A DNA stretch of 64,000 bases from Lingula anatina. Its lineage: Eukaryota > Animalia > Brachiopoda. Positions 50,767-64,000 of the stretch are shown here, piece by piece; the first letter of the stretch is position 1, and each line of letters begins with the position of its first letter. The stretch is from contig CM120649.1 in NCBI GenBank assembly GCA_051362555.1, positions 13,578,001 through 13,642,000 of the forward strand, written 5' to 3'. Under the pieces are notes generated by a model. It saw only the letters and a list, made by a program, of their open reading frames with translations, searched no databases and was not told the origin of the DNA. Made by a program: the position numbers and the translations under genes.

Positions 50767-53544
50767 TTAATGAATAATTGGTCGTAGTGTTATGTATAAC
50801 CGTGTTAGGTGCGTTTTTAATATTGTCCAGCATTGAAAGGTGGAGTAATATTGGCTTGCCGTGCACCATTTTATTATTTTCCTTTCAGTGATGAGTTTCA
50901 AGACTTTCTTAAAGGGCACTTTGGAACCTTTCACTGATGTCACTGACGAAAAATGTAGATGGCATTGAGTTCTATCCAGATATGAAAAAAAAAAGTATGA
51001 ATGGAGAGTACCTGTATACAACGCCGAATCATTTCCTTTTCTTTTCCTTATTTATGTCTTATTCTTTCTACTTTGAGTTATTCTATGGGATAAGCATCGT
51101 CCAAGAAATAAAGATGTGAAGTTATTGGTGTGTAGTCACTTAAATCAAAGGCCACGCTTTGAACAGCACGTTTATTTTCAAATTTATGCTAAACATTTAG
51201 TGCACACTATTTTACATCTATCTGGTCTCTAAGACCACTGTTAATTGGTTCTGGCTTGGCATCAGCTATAGTTTGGCGGAGGTCAGATCTATTCAATAAT
51301 CAATCAGCCCGAACAATCAACTTCTTTTCAAGGCAAAACACCTCGTTTATAGCCAAGGTAGCAAAATGCATTAGCATAACTCTCACACCCTTAACTTTAC
51401 TCTGAAGCTGCCATCCGTTGACTTCGGTAATGCCAAATGGTCGTTGATTGCTGTGGGGAAGACATCCAAAACATGAACATAAAAATGGCTTTAAAACATA
51501 GAGCATTATTGAAAAAAAAAATGTTCGACTGCGTGGCAACCATTTCTAGCACTGCGTTCATTGCCAGTCTTTGTAGAAAACTCGCATTACAACTCAGCAA
51601 AAACGGAAAAGGCAGTCATACAATCCTATCCAATACAGTAACCAATACAGTAATCATTTAAACGGGTTTTGCATAATATTATATTACGTATATCGTCACG
51701 GTAATATTTTATCGCAGTCTTTGTAGTGTAGTGTTTGGTGCTGTCTGTATCATCAAGCAGCACGTAACTACCTGCGTTTTTAGATAACGGCAAATTGTAC
51801 AAACAAAGGAGACATTTAATGCAGTTGACATTCTGTCTGTTGCAAACGTACATCAAAAGCAAACACTTTTTCCGAACATCGACAATCTCAATGAATGTGC
51901 TCAGTTGTGCTTTTTTGAGAACAGAGTATTTTATCTAGATCATTATGAACTTATCTATGGTTTATGACATTTATTTGAATCCTACTGCTACTTTTTAAAA
52001 GTTCATGTCAATTATAATATAGCCACCAAATATGCTTTTATGTTTGAAAGCTGACAGGCACGACACACAGAAGGGTTGGGGCCACATGAAACTTAAAACG
52101 ACACTACACGCCCACGGCTCCCTCCTTCACACTGTATTTGGTAACGGGATTTTGCTGAAAAATTTACTAATTTGTTGCACAGGTAAAGAAAACAGCCCCG
52201 CAACGTCATTTTAGTTAGCCAACACACGAGTCAGCAGCACACAGGTGCCTCCAACAGAGTGACTAGTTCGTTCTTCTTAAAGAAAATGTTTTACAATGGT
52301 CTGAGTGATTAGAAGTGGGTGTCAGTGATATTGCTTCATTAAATCGTTTTATGTGTTGGGATCACAGGCTAATTGTGGTCAGTTCACGTATTTAAAGAGC
52401 AAGTTTGGTCAAACAAAGACTTATGTCCATATGATAGTTTACACTTTATTAAGCTAATCAAACGAACGATAATTTTTCAACAACGAGATGAGTGCATTTT
52501 AACGAGGGTAAATAAAGACCCATGGAGCCTGACTCATCAGTGGTACATACGGTAACACGTCTCTGATAGCGAATGTATGTAATTCAATTTTTTTGATAAA
52601 CCAGCACGTAACTGCCTGCATTAACAGGTTAAGTTAAATAATGTAACAATGGTGATGCATAAAAGAATAAAAAGCATATGATTTATTCCTAAATCAACTT
52701 TGACATGACACGTGTCATCGTCATTAAGCTATATACTATTTGTTATTAACATATATCGGCAATATAGTGATAGTCGTGTTGTAAATGAACTAACCATGCA
52801 TTCACAACTACTAAGATCATCCGGGGTATAGTATGCAATGTACCTGCTTGTGACCTAGATTTCATGGAGTTAGATACATAAAATGAAAATAGATATAAGC
52901 CGAAGAACACTGCAGATTCGTTAGCAGAACGCAAGTTGTTCTGTTATTCATAAGTAGACATCCGTTATTTTCAACATAGTAATTTGCATCTCGGATGCCC
53001 ACCTTACACAACAGGTACATGATTTGTGAACGTCCATTCACAACGTCCATTCACTAAGACAGTCTAAAACTAAAAATAATCATGCAAAGAAAGATTTTCA
53101 GTCTTACAGCGTAGATGCAGGTGGTCTATGCTGGTAGTCAGGCGACAACGGATAGGATACAAAGGTATACTAGTACATGTATGCGCATGCGTAACTGTGT
53201 GACATGGATTTAAAATATGGAATTAGTTTTAGTCAAAAATTTTTCATAATGATGTTTGACGAATAAAATTAAGCCATATTTAATCAGCAATATACATTAC
53301 ATATCATTAATATCATTTATTTTATTGCAGTTGTTTTCAGAATATTACAATACATTATTTTGGGAAGTAACGTAGTGTTCATACCACCCCGTCTGTTTCT
53401 CCTTCGATGTACCAGTGATGTCATCAAAATATAATGGTAGTTCCACATATATATAACGATACAATATATATATCCATTTGCCATCTGGATCAGTTCACCG
53501 ACTTGTCCTATTTAACTCAGCAAATTTCAAGTTTTCGAGGAAGT

Positions 53545-54489
53545 ATGGTGAGACAAGTCTACCAAAATTCACTGATAATGTTGATCAACAAAGTTCTAAT
53601 GTAGAGATACAGCGGGATCCAGAACGTATATATTATATATATTTTTTTGGTTTAATGGTTTATTAAGGAGGTTTACTGCAGCTGCTGTTGTGCGTTTATA
53701 CGTATAATGTAAATTGAAATATTCGCGATGAACAGCACACGGTGTGGGGGTGGTTGAGCTTATTACATTCTGTTTTATTTTATTTTTTATCAAAGGTGAG
53801 GATAATGACTGCCGTGTTTGCAATCTTTGTTGCTACAGTCTTCTTGGTTACTTTGTTAATAGAAGATACCCAAGCAGTATGTTGCCATCCGACTTTTGGA
53901 TATTGTCAGGACTGCAGCCAGGTAAGATGTATTTGTATCCTGTCCTTAACCTTAAGTCCTTTTTGTATTTTTTTTATTTAAGGCTATCAAATTTTGCGTT
54001 TAATATGAATTGTAGAAATAAACGAAAAAACAGGGCAAAATAAATACCGAAAATTTCCATTTATTTCAGTCTTGGCCTCACTGTGGCAAAGGGGGTTGCA
54101 ATATTTTTGGCTGTGCATGTGAGGGCGGGTGCAAGGACAGCTGTAACCCGACTATTTCGTAAGTTCCATCAGCTCCTTTCACAAAACTGGTGATTATTGT
54201 AACACCTAGCTAAATGTGACTTGATACGAACAAAGAATACGTTATGAAAGCTTTAACTGATTTTTTTCATAACAACACACTTCATTATTATCCTTTGATA
54301 TTGTTTGGTTGTAAAGATTCTTTCTGATTTAGGTTTACTGTGTATGTGTCAATCTACAATGTATTTCCACCACATTTGAGATATATTATATGCTGAGATA
54401 AGTTTATTTGCAGATATGTTAATGGTGGCTGCACCTGTAATAATAGAAGAAGGGATCTCAAAGAGCCTGATTCCAGAACTGTCGCTTAA
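53545..54489 (+). CDS. Diedel-like secreted 12-Cys peptide precursor, copy 9 (97 aa)
   Basis: ATG 53545-53547, then exons 53796-53921, 54070-54158, 54414-54489. MVRIMTAVFAIFVATVFLVTLLIEDTQA/VCCHPTFGYCQDCSQSWPHCGKGGCNIFGCACEGGCKDSCNPTISYVNGGCTCNN-RRR-DLKEPDSRTVA*. Confidence 0.88.
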
Positions 54490-57130
54490 GACATTAGACC
54501 CATAGCTATGGACAGGTGAGGTATTAACAACATGTACGATGCAGACTTTAGACGTCCAGTTTTGCATGGGTATGTCCTAGAAACGTTAGCAGTGTAGAAT
54601 ATTGTTTTGGTATGCCCACTTTTACTGATATATGTAGTATTACGTCCCTTATATTAAGCAACTGATTTTTTTAAAATTAAGTACTGTATGGAAACCCTAA
54701 ATCTTTCCGTTACTTGTGATTTGAAATGTTTAAAATCACTAGTAGGCAGTTTTAACTCATGGTTTTCATACCTATATCTATACCAATGCCAGATCAGTCA
54801 GCTAATGAGTTAAAGAGTGTAGTGTTACATACAATCAAATAAGGTTCGTTTTTTACATTGTGTAACATTATAAGGTGGAACAATTGCCCGCTGTACACCA
54901 CATTTATTCCTTTCCTTTCAGTGATGGGTTTTAAGATGTTCTCAAAAGCCAATTAGGAACCTTCCACTGATGTCATTGATGAGAATTAAGATGGCGAGAT
55001 CAATGTCATTGAGTTCTATCCTGATATGAAATAGAAAACATATATTTGGAGAGTATACAGCGTTGATTTATTTCCTTAACATTTTGTTTTTTATTTCTTA
55101 TTCTGTCAACTTTAAATTATTCTGAGATGAATATCGTTCAACAAAAAATGAATTTATCGGTGTATAAAGTCACTAAAACAAATTTCACACTTCAGGTCGT
55201 TTATTAAGAAATTTATGCTAAACACTGAACGTACTCTATTGTTGCGAGAAACGTTTAGTACCGTAGCTAAAAATGATGGACTTGTTACAACAGTATTTTA
55301 TACCACTTAAAAAATAATTGAATCGGTTGGTTTGTGAATTTGCCATATCTTTTTTTTTGTCGACTGAACTATGAGATTGAACATGCACACTCTCTTTCAC
55401 TTTTTTCGCCATTATTCCTTGCATAAACAACTCACTGCCCTGCGGATTGCTACATGATTTAATATCTGCAACACACTTACAGTAGACTATACCTAGACTG
55501 ACATAACGGGCGGGAACTTATTAAATTGTTTCAGTAAATCTCCGTTAATAAATACAATGTGAAGGAGGGGACCGTGGGCATGTAGTGTCGTTTTAAATTC
55601 CATATGAGCTCAACTAAACATTTGTGTCTCGTGTCCGTCAGCTGCCACAAAGAGCTGTCACACATAAATGGATTTATATTTATAGAAGTGTAAGTTCCAA
55701 AAGATATCTAGTTGTATTTCAAAGACAATCATCATCATCATTAAGCACTACGTGCGATACAAAATTATTTGAAAGCGACAAAATGTGAAATGAATGGTAG
55801 TTAAGTTCCAAAAAATACCTAGTTGTATTTTAAATACCACCATCCTCATTAATCACTACGCGTGATACAAATGTACAAAAATAGACAAAATGTATGATGG
55901 CAACCTAAATGGATGGCGTGTTTTTACTAATCTACGCATAGTAAAGTAAAAACTGTTCGAAAACTGTTGTTCTTTTGAGCAATGGCAGAAATAGAGGCAG
56001 GTTCATAAATTATGTGTTTTAACTAAATTGTAATCAATAGACAACGCCGATGGATTTCTACCAGAATATTTGAAGAGCGTAATACAGATGGGGATCTCTA
56101 GCTTCTGTGTCTTTGCAACGGGGTCATCTGTTCGTTGATGTTTAAACTAAGGATCTTCACATAACTTAATGAAGCTTCATTAATATTTGTGTTTCACGAT
56201 TAGACAGACATGATGGAGGTGGGGTTCAGAAGGGCCTATGGTAAAAGGGCAATCACGAAAGAGGTATATTCAAATAAGAACGATTGTGATTGGTTGGTTT
56301 GTCGCGCGCCACGTATATCACGCAGGACGGTGTAATAAGTGTGTTAGGTGAAGCAGACTTACTCTGAAAAGTCTCGTTATCCGATCTGACTCCAGTTGGT
56401 AAAACGAGGTAAGTATTATATTGACGGAGAGATGCTTTATAAGTGCGAATCTCGGTTTTAATGAATGATGAAGTTGATGCTTTAGCGTGAAACACCTGGA
56501 TAAGTTTATAGATTATTTTCTATATAAGCAGCCATGAATGATTGACTCTGATAATATATGCGCTGTACTTTTCATTTTTTTAAATACATGAATCGAGACA
56601 ATATTAACTTTTAATTTGGTCTTAAACCTTAGCTACCTTCTCCGCCAAGGTTATAATGTCTTGGGTGCATTTTCAGGTGTCTGTTTGTCCTGTTAGCGCC
56701 TTTAAAAATAAAGGTGGCAAAATCAAAGAAGCAATATGAATTTTGAGTTTTCTTTAACAGTTAATAATCTGTTATCAGCAACATTATGAACAAAGTTGTT
56801 GGCTGATTTTGAATTCAATTTTAGCAACTGTTAGGAGAAGATTATGTAACAGTGCGAGGATTTTGTGGTGCATAATGAATTGCTTAATAAGTCATTTAAC
56901 AAAGCCATTTTGTATTTTAGCAACAATATGCAAAACTGTGTAGGGACTTTAAATTTCTTAAAGATATGTCAGGTTTATTAGCTAATAAATGGGCTGGAAT
57001 TTCGTAGCGAAAATTTAATAAATAATAATAATAATTTAAAAAATTAATTAATTAATTAATACCAGTTGGATAATTGTGAATGTTCAATAGTCACCCGAAA
57101 AAAGTTACTTGATTACTTTTCAAAATTAAA

Positions 57131-57135
<5 letters not shown>

Positions 57136-57193
<58 letters not shown>
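57136..57193 (+). repeat. (TA)n microsatellite
   Basis: About 29 TA units, where the paralogous site near 30598 has only tatata. Confidence 0.9.
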
Positions 57194-57197
<4 letters not shown>

Positions 57198-57658
57198 TTT
57201 TTCGCCACATTTCATAGCAATGAGTAAAAAGTGAGTCATACATTCAGCTTTTTATTATAATTATATTTTATTGTTTTTTTTTTGAATTTGAAGATTTGTG
57301 TTTTTATTGCTTGTGTTTGAAATATAATGTTGTTTTGTTGTATGAATTAACCAAGATGTTTTTTTGAAGCAAGGTACTATTCATTGCATCAATAATTTTT
57401 ATTTTCATTTATTTCAACGAAATATGCTGGTATCAATTAGAATATCAAAAATATTTATGTACAGATGTTAAGCATGTCAATGTTCTTAGAATGTTTGTCC
57501 ATCCGTTTTGTGACAAAAACGTGACAACGAACAATCCAAAGCTTCTTAAATATTTGGGCCAGAACACATGGTAGAATTAAATAAAGTTTTGTGCGTTATA
57601 TCGAGAATGTTGTGAGAACTTGTTGTGTTTTATCTTCTTTTTTTGCGCTGAAAAAAAG

Positions 57659-58375
57659 ATGGCTGCGGTATTTGCTAACTTTGTTGCTTCCGTCTGTTTG
57701 GTAAACATACTGATAGTAGACACCCACGCAGAGTGTTGCCGAAGATATCAAACGAACTTTTGTCTGGACTGCAGTACGGTAGAGTTTCATTTTGATAATT
57801 GTTACGTCTCTTTTACATGCACTTTACATTCCATGACAAGTAAGTTTCATCAGTCATGGAATGTAAAAATTCATTTGACTAAATGAAGAAAATAAAATTA
57901 GCAAAACTTACATATTTTCACGACAATGGGAGTGGTGACATGACGAAGAAGATTGAGTTTCTATTTACTTCAGACTTGGTCTTATTGTGGCAAAGGGGGA
58001 TGCAATCTGTTTGGCTGTGCATGTGAGGGCGGGTGCAAGGAGAGCTGTAATCCGTCGTTTTCGTAAGTTCCATCAGCTCCTTTTACAAAAAGCGTTGTTA
58101 AATAAGACATAATACTAACATAAAGCATGTTATCGAATCTCTTACTGAAAATTTAATAACAACACACTTTATTGTATTTCTGTTTTTTTTATCGTGTGCG
58201 GACACAAGCACCATTCAGAATTTGGTTACATGTGAAGGTTGAAAATCACTGCCATTTTTGTGACATGTTCTGGATGCTGATGTAAATTTATTTCAGAGCA
58301 CTATATGGCACCTGCACCTGTAATGATAGAAGAAGGCATCTCAAAGGGCCTGATTCCGGAACTTCGGGACACTAA
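57659..58375 (+). CDS. Diedel-like secreted 12-Cys peptide precursor, copy 10 (95 aa)
   Basis: Exons 57659-57778, 57974-58062, 58297-58375. MAAVFANFVASVCLVNILIVDTHA/ECCRRYQTNFCLDCSTTWSYCGKGGCNLFGCACEGGCKESCNPSFSALYGTCTCND-RRR-HLKGPDSGTSGH*. The upstream acceptor gcgcag is changed to gcgctg, with an alternative aag|ATG available. Confidence 0.83.
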
Positions 58376-60476
58376 AAGCAGAGATGCAGACAGGTGAGGT
58401 ATTTACGTCGATGCCAATATTAAGAATCATTATCTACCTATGTTCAATTTTGCATGGATTTGTCATAGAAACTTTAGCAGTGTAGAACATGGTTTTGATG
58501 TGTGTTCTTCTTTATTGATATATAATAATACATCCAATACTATTAGAAACTGAATTGTTTAAAATTAAAGTAATGTGTGTAAAGCCTTAGCCCTTTCGTT
58601 CCATGTGATTTGTATTTGATATGCTTAGAGCATTTTGAATCATGGTTTACATACCGGTATCTTTAACAATGTCAGATCCAACGGTTAATGAATTAGTGGT
58701 CGTACAGTAGAATTATGTATTATCACACTAGGTTCGTTTTACTATTGTGTAACATTGTAAGGCGGAACAAATGCCCGCCGTGTATCACAATTATTCTTTC
58801 TCTTTCAGTGATTGGGTTCAAGATTTTCTCAAAGCCACTTAGGAACCTCCACTGATGTCACTGATGAAAATTTAGATTGTAATTGCCATTGAGTTCTATC
58901 CTGATATGAAATAGAAAACATATGAATGGACAGAATACAGCGTTGAATTATTTCATTTTTTTCGTTTTGTTATTCGTTATTCTTTCTATTCGAATTATTC
59001 TATGAGATGAATATGGTTCAATAAATAAAGATAGGCGAAAGTTATTGGTGTGTATACTCACTTAAACCAAACGTCATGCGTCTGCAAGTTTAGCTACTTA
59101 ATATTTAATGCGCGGTATATTGAAGAGGAATGCAAATGTAAAATACTTTTGCTCAAGACGATGGACTTTGTTACGACAGTTTTCAACACTATTTGACAAT
59201 TAAATGAAAAAACTACAAAAAGGGTGGTTTCTTACACGATTAAATGCAATGGATACGTTGCATGTATTTAAAGTCACGCGTTATATTTATGCCTCACGCG
59301 TTCACTCACACAATTTTGATTACGTCAAACTCCGCAGTATGCATTTGTTACCGGTTTTTGTTTTAACTAAAACGTACTGATCCATGGTCAATTGCTCAAT
59401 AGGTGTTTGTTATTGCTGTTCATGAAACGGTGGTCAATTGATTGATGAAATAAAAAAAACAATCATCCTTACCTAGCCACGATCAATGCAAAAGCCAGGA
59501 GTCGGGTAACAACTCACTGCTTGCACGTCTTCCAGAAAACGGTGTCCAAGCAGATTGAAACTAGACAATTTGCAAAACACGGAAGCGGTTCTCTTCAATG
59601 TTAAATAAAGATAACACATAACACGTTACCTTCATAACTTAATTCATGAGAGATAGCATGTTACCAAACACAATTAATTACGATTTAGATCGTAAAATAA
59701 TGAAATACAGCGGCTGGTTTGTAAATTCGCCAAACCCTTTTTTCGACTAAGAGACTGGCCATGCTCATCCTCTGAACTGAATAAAGTACAATATGCATTT
59801 AAATATAGTTTTTAAATATAGTTTTGCAGAAGCATCGCTTTTATGTTGATTCACTTGTCTCACCATTGTTCCTTGTATAGACGAAGCACCTCAGGGGCGG
59901 ATTTAGAGATAATTTCTGAAGGTCTTCCAATGTAAAGCCCGTCAATGTAAACTTTAAAATCTGAGCGTCTTCTGGAAAACCCAGAAGTCGGTCTCAATTC
60001 GCCCATGCACCTCATCTACTTTCAAAATAACCCTCCCCCAGCAGACACATACACACCTGGCCAAAAAAAAAATAGATGGTTTATCAATGATCTATTTTAC
60101 CTATCAACATATTTTGTCGACAATATATCAAATGAGAAAATATATACGTGTGATATGAACAGTATTTCACTTCCAAAAAATAACTAGTTGTGTTCCAAAG
60201 ACCATCATCATCATTAAGCACTACGCATGAAACAAATTTCTGTAAAAAATCGACAAAATTTATAATGGCAACCTGAATTAATAGCGTATTTTTGCTCATC
60301 AGTGCAAAGAAGAGGAAAAACTGTTCGAAAACTGTTCTTTTGAGAAATGGTAGACATAGGTAAAAAATCCATATATATATATATATATCCATTGGCCATT
60401 TGGGAACAGTTCACCGTTGCAATCAGCTGGCTTACCCTATTTAACTCAGCAAAATAAGTTTTCAAGATACTGTATC

Positions 60477-61429
60477 ATGGTGAGAAAAATCTATCAAAAC
60501 TAGCCTATAACTTTGACAAGCAAAGTTAGAATGTAGATGTACAATGGATTTCAGTACTTACATATTTATGTTATTTTGGTTAAAAGGAAGTTTACTTCTC
60601 TACGAATTGCCTTTTAAAATAGTAAAAATAGTGATGAATAGCACACGATGTGGAGTTGGTTAAGCTGATTGCATTCTACGTTTGATTTTACTTTTTATCC
60701 TAGGTGAAGAAAAAAACTACCGTATTTGCAATATTTATTGTAACAGTCTGCTTGGTTCCTTTGTTAATAGAAGACACCAAGGCAGTATGCTGCTACACGA
60801 AATATCATCATTGTCAGGACTGCAGCACGGTAGGTTTTATTTGTAACCTGTCCGTAACCTTAAGTATTTTTAATTTTCAATTCAAGGTGATCAAACGTTG
60901 CTTGAACATGAATTGTAAAAAATAAACGGAAAACGAGGGAAAGAATACCAAAAGTTTTCATTTACTTCAGAGTTGGGGTTTCTGTGGCAAAAGGGGCTGC
61001 AATATCTTTGGCTGTGCATGTGAGGGCGGGTGCAAGGAGAGCTGTAACCCGACTATTTCGTAAGTTCCACCATCTCCTTTCACAAAAAAGGGATTATTAT
61101 AACATTAAGCTATATGAAATACGGAATAAGAAAAAGTTGTCAAATTTTTAAATGAAATCTTTCATAATACTTTATGATTTTTCTGTACTCGTGCGTGGGT
61201 CTTAAGCGCCATTCCAATTTAGGTTTACTGTGTATATGGAAATCTATTTTTGCCACCTTTGCAAAATATTTTTGAAATATTCTTAGATACAATGAATTTC
61301 AGGCCAATATATGGTACTTGCACCTGTAATGATAGAAGAAGGGATATTCAAGGCCCTGATTACGGTGCTGCCGGACATAAAATGCACAGATACAGACAGG
61401 TGAGTTGTTTACGCCAATGCCAATATTAA
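60477..61429 (+). CDS. Diedel-like secreted 12-Cys peptide precursor, copy 11 (C-terminus uncertain)
   Basis: ATG 60477-60479, then exons 60704-60829, 60971-61059, 61303-61399. The stop is at 61427-61429 if the next intron is retained. MVKKKTTVFAIFIVTVCLVPLLIEDTKA/VCCYTKYHHCQDCSTSWGFCGKRGCNIFGCACEGGCKESCNPTISPIYGTCTCND-RRR-DIQGPDYGAAGHKMHRYRQ... Confidence 0.82.
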
Positions 61430-62282
61430 GAATCATTATCTACCTGGGTCCAGGTAGCAGTGTAGAAAATGATTTTAGTCGACCCTATTTAAAACTGATA
61501 TGCACATCCCCAACATGAAGCAACTGGATTGTTTAGATTTTAATTCTCTATGCAAACCCTCAGCCTAAGTGCAATTTTGTACGTTTTTGATTTTTTTCAT
61601 TTCCTTTTCTTTTTGTTATTTCTTATTCTTTCTACTTGGGATTATTCTTTGGGATGAATATCATTCAATAAATAAAGATAGACCAAATTTTTTCGGTGTG
61701 TAGTCAGTAACACCACACGACAAGCTTCAGCACGTTTATTAACAAATTTATGCTAAACATTTAATGTAGACTGTTTTGGTTAGGAATATTAAATACCCGC
61801 GTTGCTTAAAACACACTCTCCCCCAGAAGAAACAAATGACGACATCAGTGCAACAAAAAACACCACAAACACGAACAAAACCTACCGTAGCCTCTATTTG
61901 TTTTACATAATTCTTGTACCCTCTGTTCTTTATATCGTAAACGGTCATCACTTGGGTAGAGTAGGGACCTGGATTTATCTGAGAAGACCACGTGTTACCA
62001 ATGCACGATGATAAGGTTTCTTTTCTTTGTAGCCCAGCACTTCCTGTTTATCCACTGGTTTCGTGTTAACCTTGGCTTCTTGGTCATCCTTCTTGCCCAA
62101 GAGTCTGGTGAGAGAAGCCATACATATTTTACTCAGATGCAGATACAGTATTGTTTAAACGGATTTTGGATGAGATGTATGGCAAGAGAAGTTTACATAT
62201 ATCGTCACGGCAATGACTGTTTTACCGCAAATTTTGTATTCCCGTTTCAAGCAGCACGTAAGTACCTGCATTTTTAGATAAT

Positions 62283-63528
62283 AGAGAGATTCGTCAGGAC
62301 GTTAAACGTGTACGTGTACGAGTCATGACGTTCACTTTCCCGTACAAGCAGTGACCCACTTTTCGCTTCGGCTCTACGTGAACGTGGGTTCGGTGCAGTC
62401 GCAAAACAACAGGGATGACCGTGATTTGTTAGAGTGTGCTATACTAGAAAATGACACAAACTTGATAGATAAGTAAATAAAATGCTAATAATTTTATATG
62501 GTTGATATTTTTTATTAACAATTTACAGGTAATTCTCTGTAACAATATTCAGTGATGAAAACTTTAACATTATGTACAAAACTGAAAAAAAAAACTAAGA
62601 AATATGGGCCATTTTTGGAACCTTTTGCACAAAACAAAAATAAGAGCATTATTTTATTTTCCGTAGTAACAGTAAAGAATAATATAAGAGTACAGAATGC
62701 TATTAATTTTATATGGTTGATGTTTTTTTTTATCTACAATACAGAGTCAATTCTCTTTAACACTATTGAGGAATGAAACTTGTAATATAATATATAATAC
62801 TAAAAAAAAAAAGAAAAGAAATATGAGCATATTTTTAGCTCTTGGCTCAAAACAAAAATAAGTAGGCCTATTCATTTATTTTGTGTAGCAGCTTTCAACA
62901 ATACAATTACTGAAAGCTATGTAGTTTCTTCGAATAGATTTACAACCAAAACCTCCTGCAGGCAAGGGTGAATCTTATTTTCTTTATTTTTTTTTCTTCT
63001 TCCATTTTTGAGAAAGCACTTAGGACAATAGAAGAGAAAAAATGAAGAGAAAAACTATTTAGTTGGAAAGCTTATTTCATGTTTTTAAACAAGCAAAAAG
63101 AAAAAAATCAACTTGATTTAATCACAGATATTTTCATTGTAGAAAGCAAGTGCTATATTGAGTCTCGGTCATTGCATACAAGAGGAATTTCTAAAGAGAA
63201 TCTGATAACGCAAAGAGCACCTCTGTAAAAAGGCTGTTTTTCCTTAAATTAGCCATGTAACTCAAAATTATTGAGATAAAAATCTATTGAATGGTTAATC
63301 TTGCTATGATAATCAAAATGATATAAAAAAAATAATGATTTTACTACACTTTAAGAGCAGTTAAAAACTCACGTTCTTCACTTACGTGTAAACAGCCTCA
63401 TTCACGTTCAGAACACACGCAAGAAGAGATCGTACGTGAGGCTGTATGTCGAAAGTCGTGACGTAGAAGGCACCTATCTACTTCGTCACACGTACACGTA
63501 CACGTTTAACGTCCTGCCGAATCTCTCT
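62283..63528. mobile_element. 1.25-kb non-autonomous DNA transposon with 3-bp AAT TSD (PIF/Harbinger-related)
   Basis: TIR AGAGAGATTCGTCAGGACGTTAAACGTGTACG ... CGTACACGTTTAACGTCCTGCCGAATCTCTCT. It splits the spacer motif tttagataatggcaaattg and duplicates AAT. Confidence 0.88.
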
Positions 63529-64000
63529 AATGTCAAATTGTACAAACAATGGAGATACACTTAATGCAGTTGACATTGTGTCAATTGCAAACGTACATCA
63601 AAAGCAAACATTTTTTTCCAAAAATCGATCATCACAATGGACGTTGATCCAAACTCAGATACAGAAAAGCAGTTGTGTGTTTTAAGGACAATGCTTTGTG
63701 GAATCCTACTGGGGCATTTAAAAAGCCACTAAATGTCTATTGATGTGCGACAGATCTATGCGGTAGTGAAACACAAAAGTGATGAGTTGAGGCCATATGA
63801 AACTTAAACCGACACTACACGCCCACAATCCCCTCCTTCACTTTTTATTTATTAACGGGAATTTGCTGAAACGATTTCATGATTTCATGCACAGACAAAG
63901 AAATCACCCGGGCCCTGTCGCGTCATTCTAGGCAGTCTAATCGTGCTGCAGATATTACGTCAGTCAGCAATCCGAATGGTGCCGCTAGTGACTTCTTCTT

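Overview
AT-rich, intron-containing animal DNA; a marine invertebrate is my guess and the taxon cannot be proven from sequence. Bases 538-1678 hold the last three exons of a clan-2-like cytochrome P450. Most of the rest (about 5.7-61.5 kb) is a head-to-tail + strand array of small multi-exon genes that the ORF track misses because of splicing. There are 10 full-length loci (copy 4 interrupted by a transposon), one 5'-truncated copy and one older pseudogene. Each encodes a signal peptide, a 12-cysteine mature peptide of about 55 aa with the Diedel-type motif (F/Y)CGKGxCNIFGCxCxGGC, a basic cleavage site (RRR or GRR) and a short tail. The cysteine scaffold is invariant while three inter-cysteine loops are hypervariable. 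A frameshifted fossil EF-hand exon lies downstream of the stop in 10 of 11 copies. The array looks like a 5-gene block duplicated once, with mosaic copies, co-duplicated spacers and many non-autonomous DNA transposons. All gene models were spliced by hand from GT/AG sites and paralog comparison, with no expression data.
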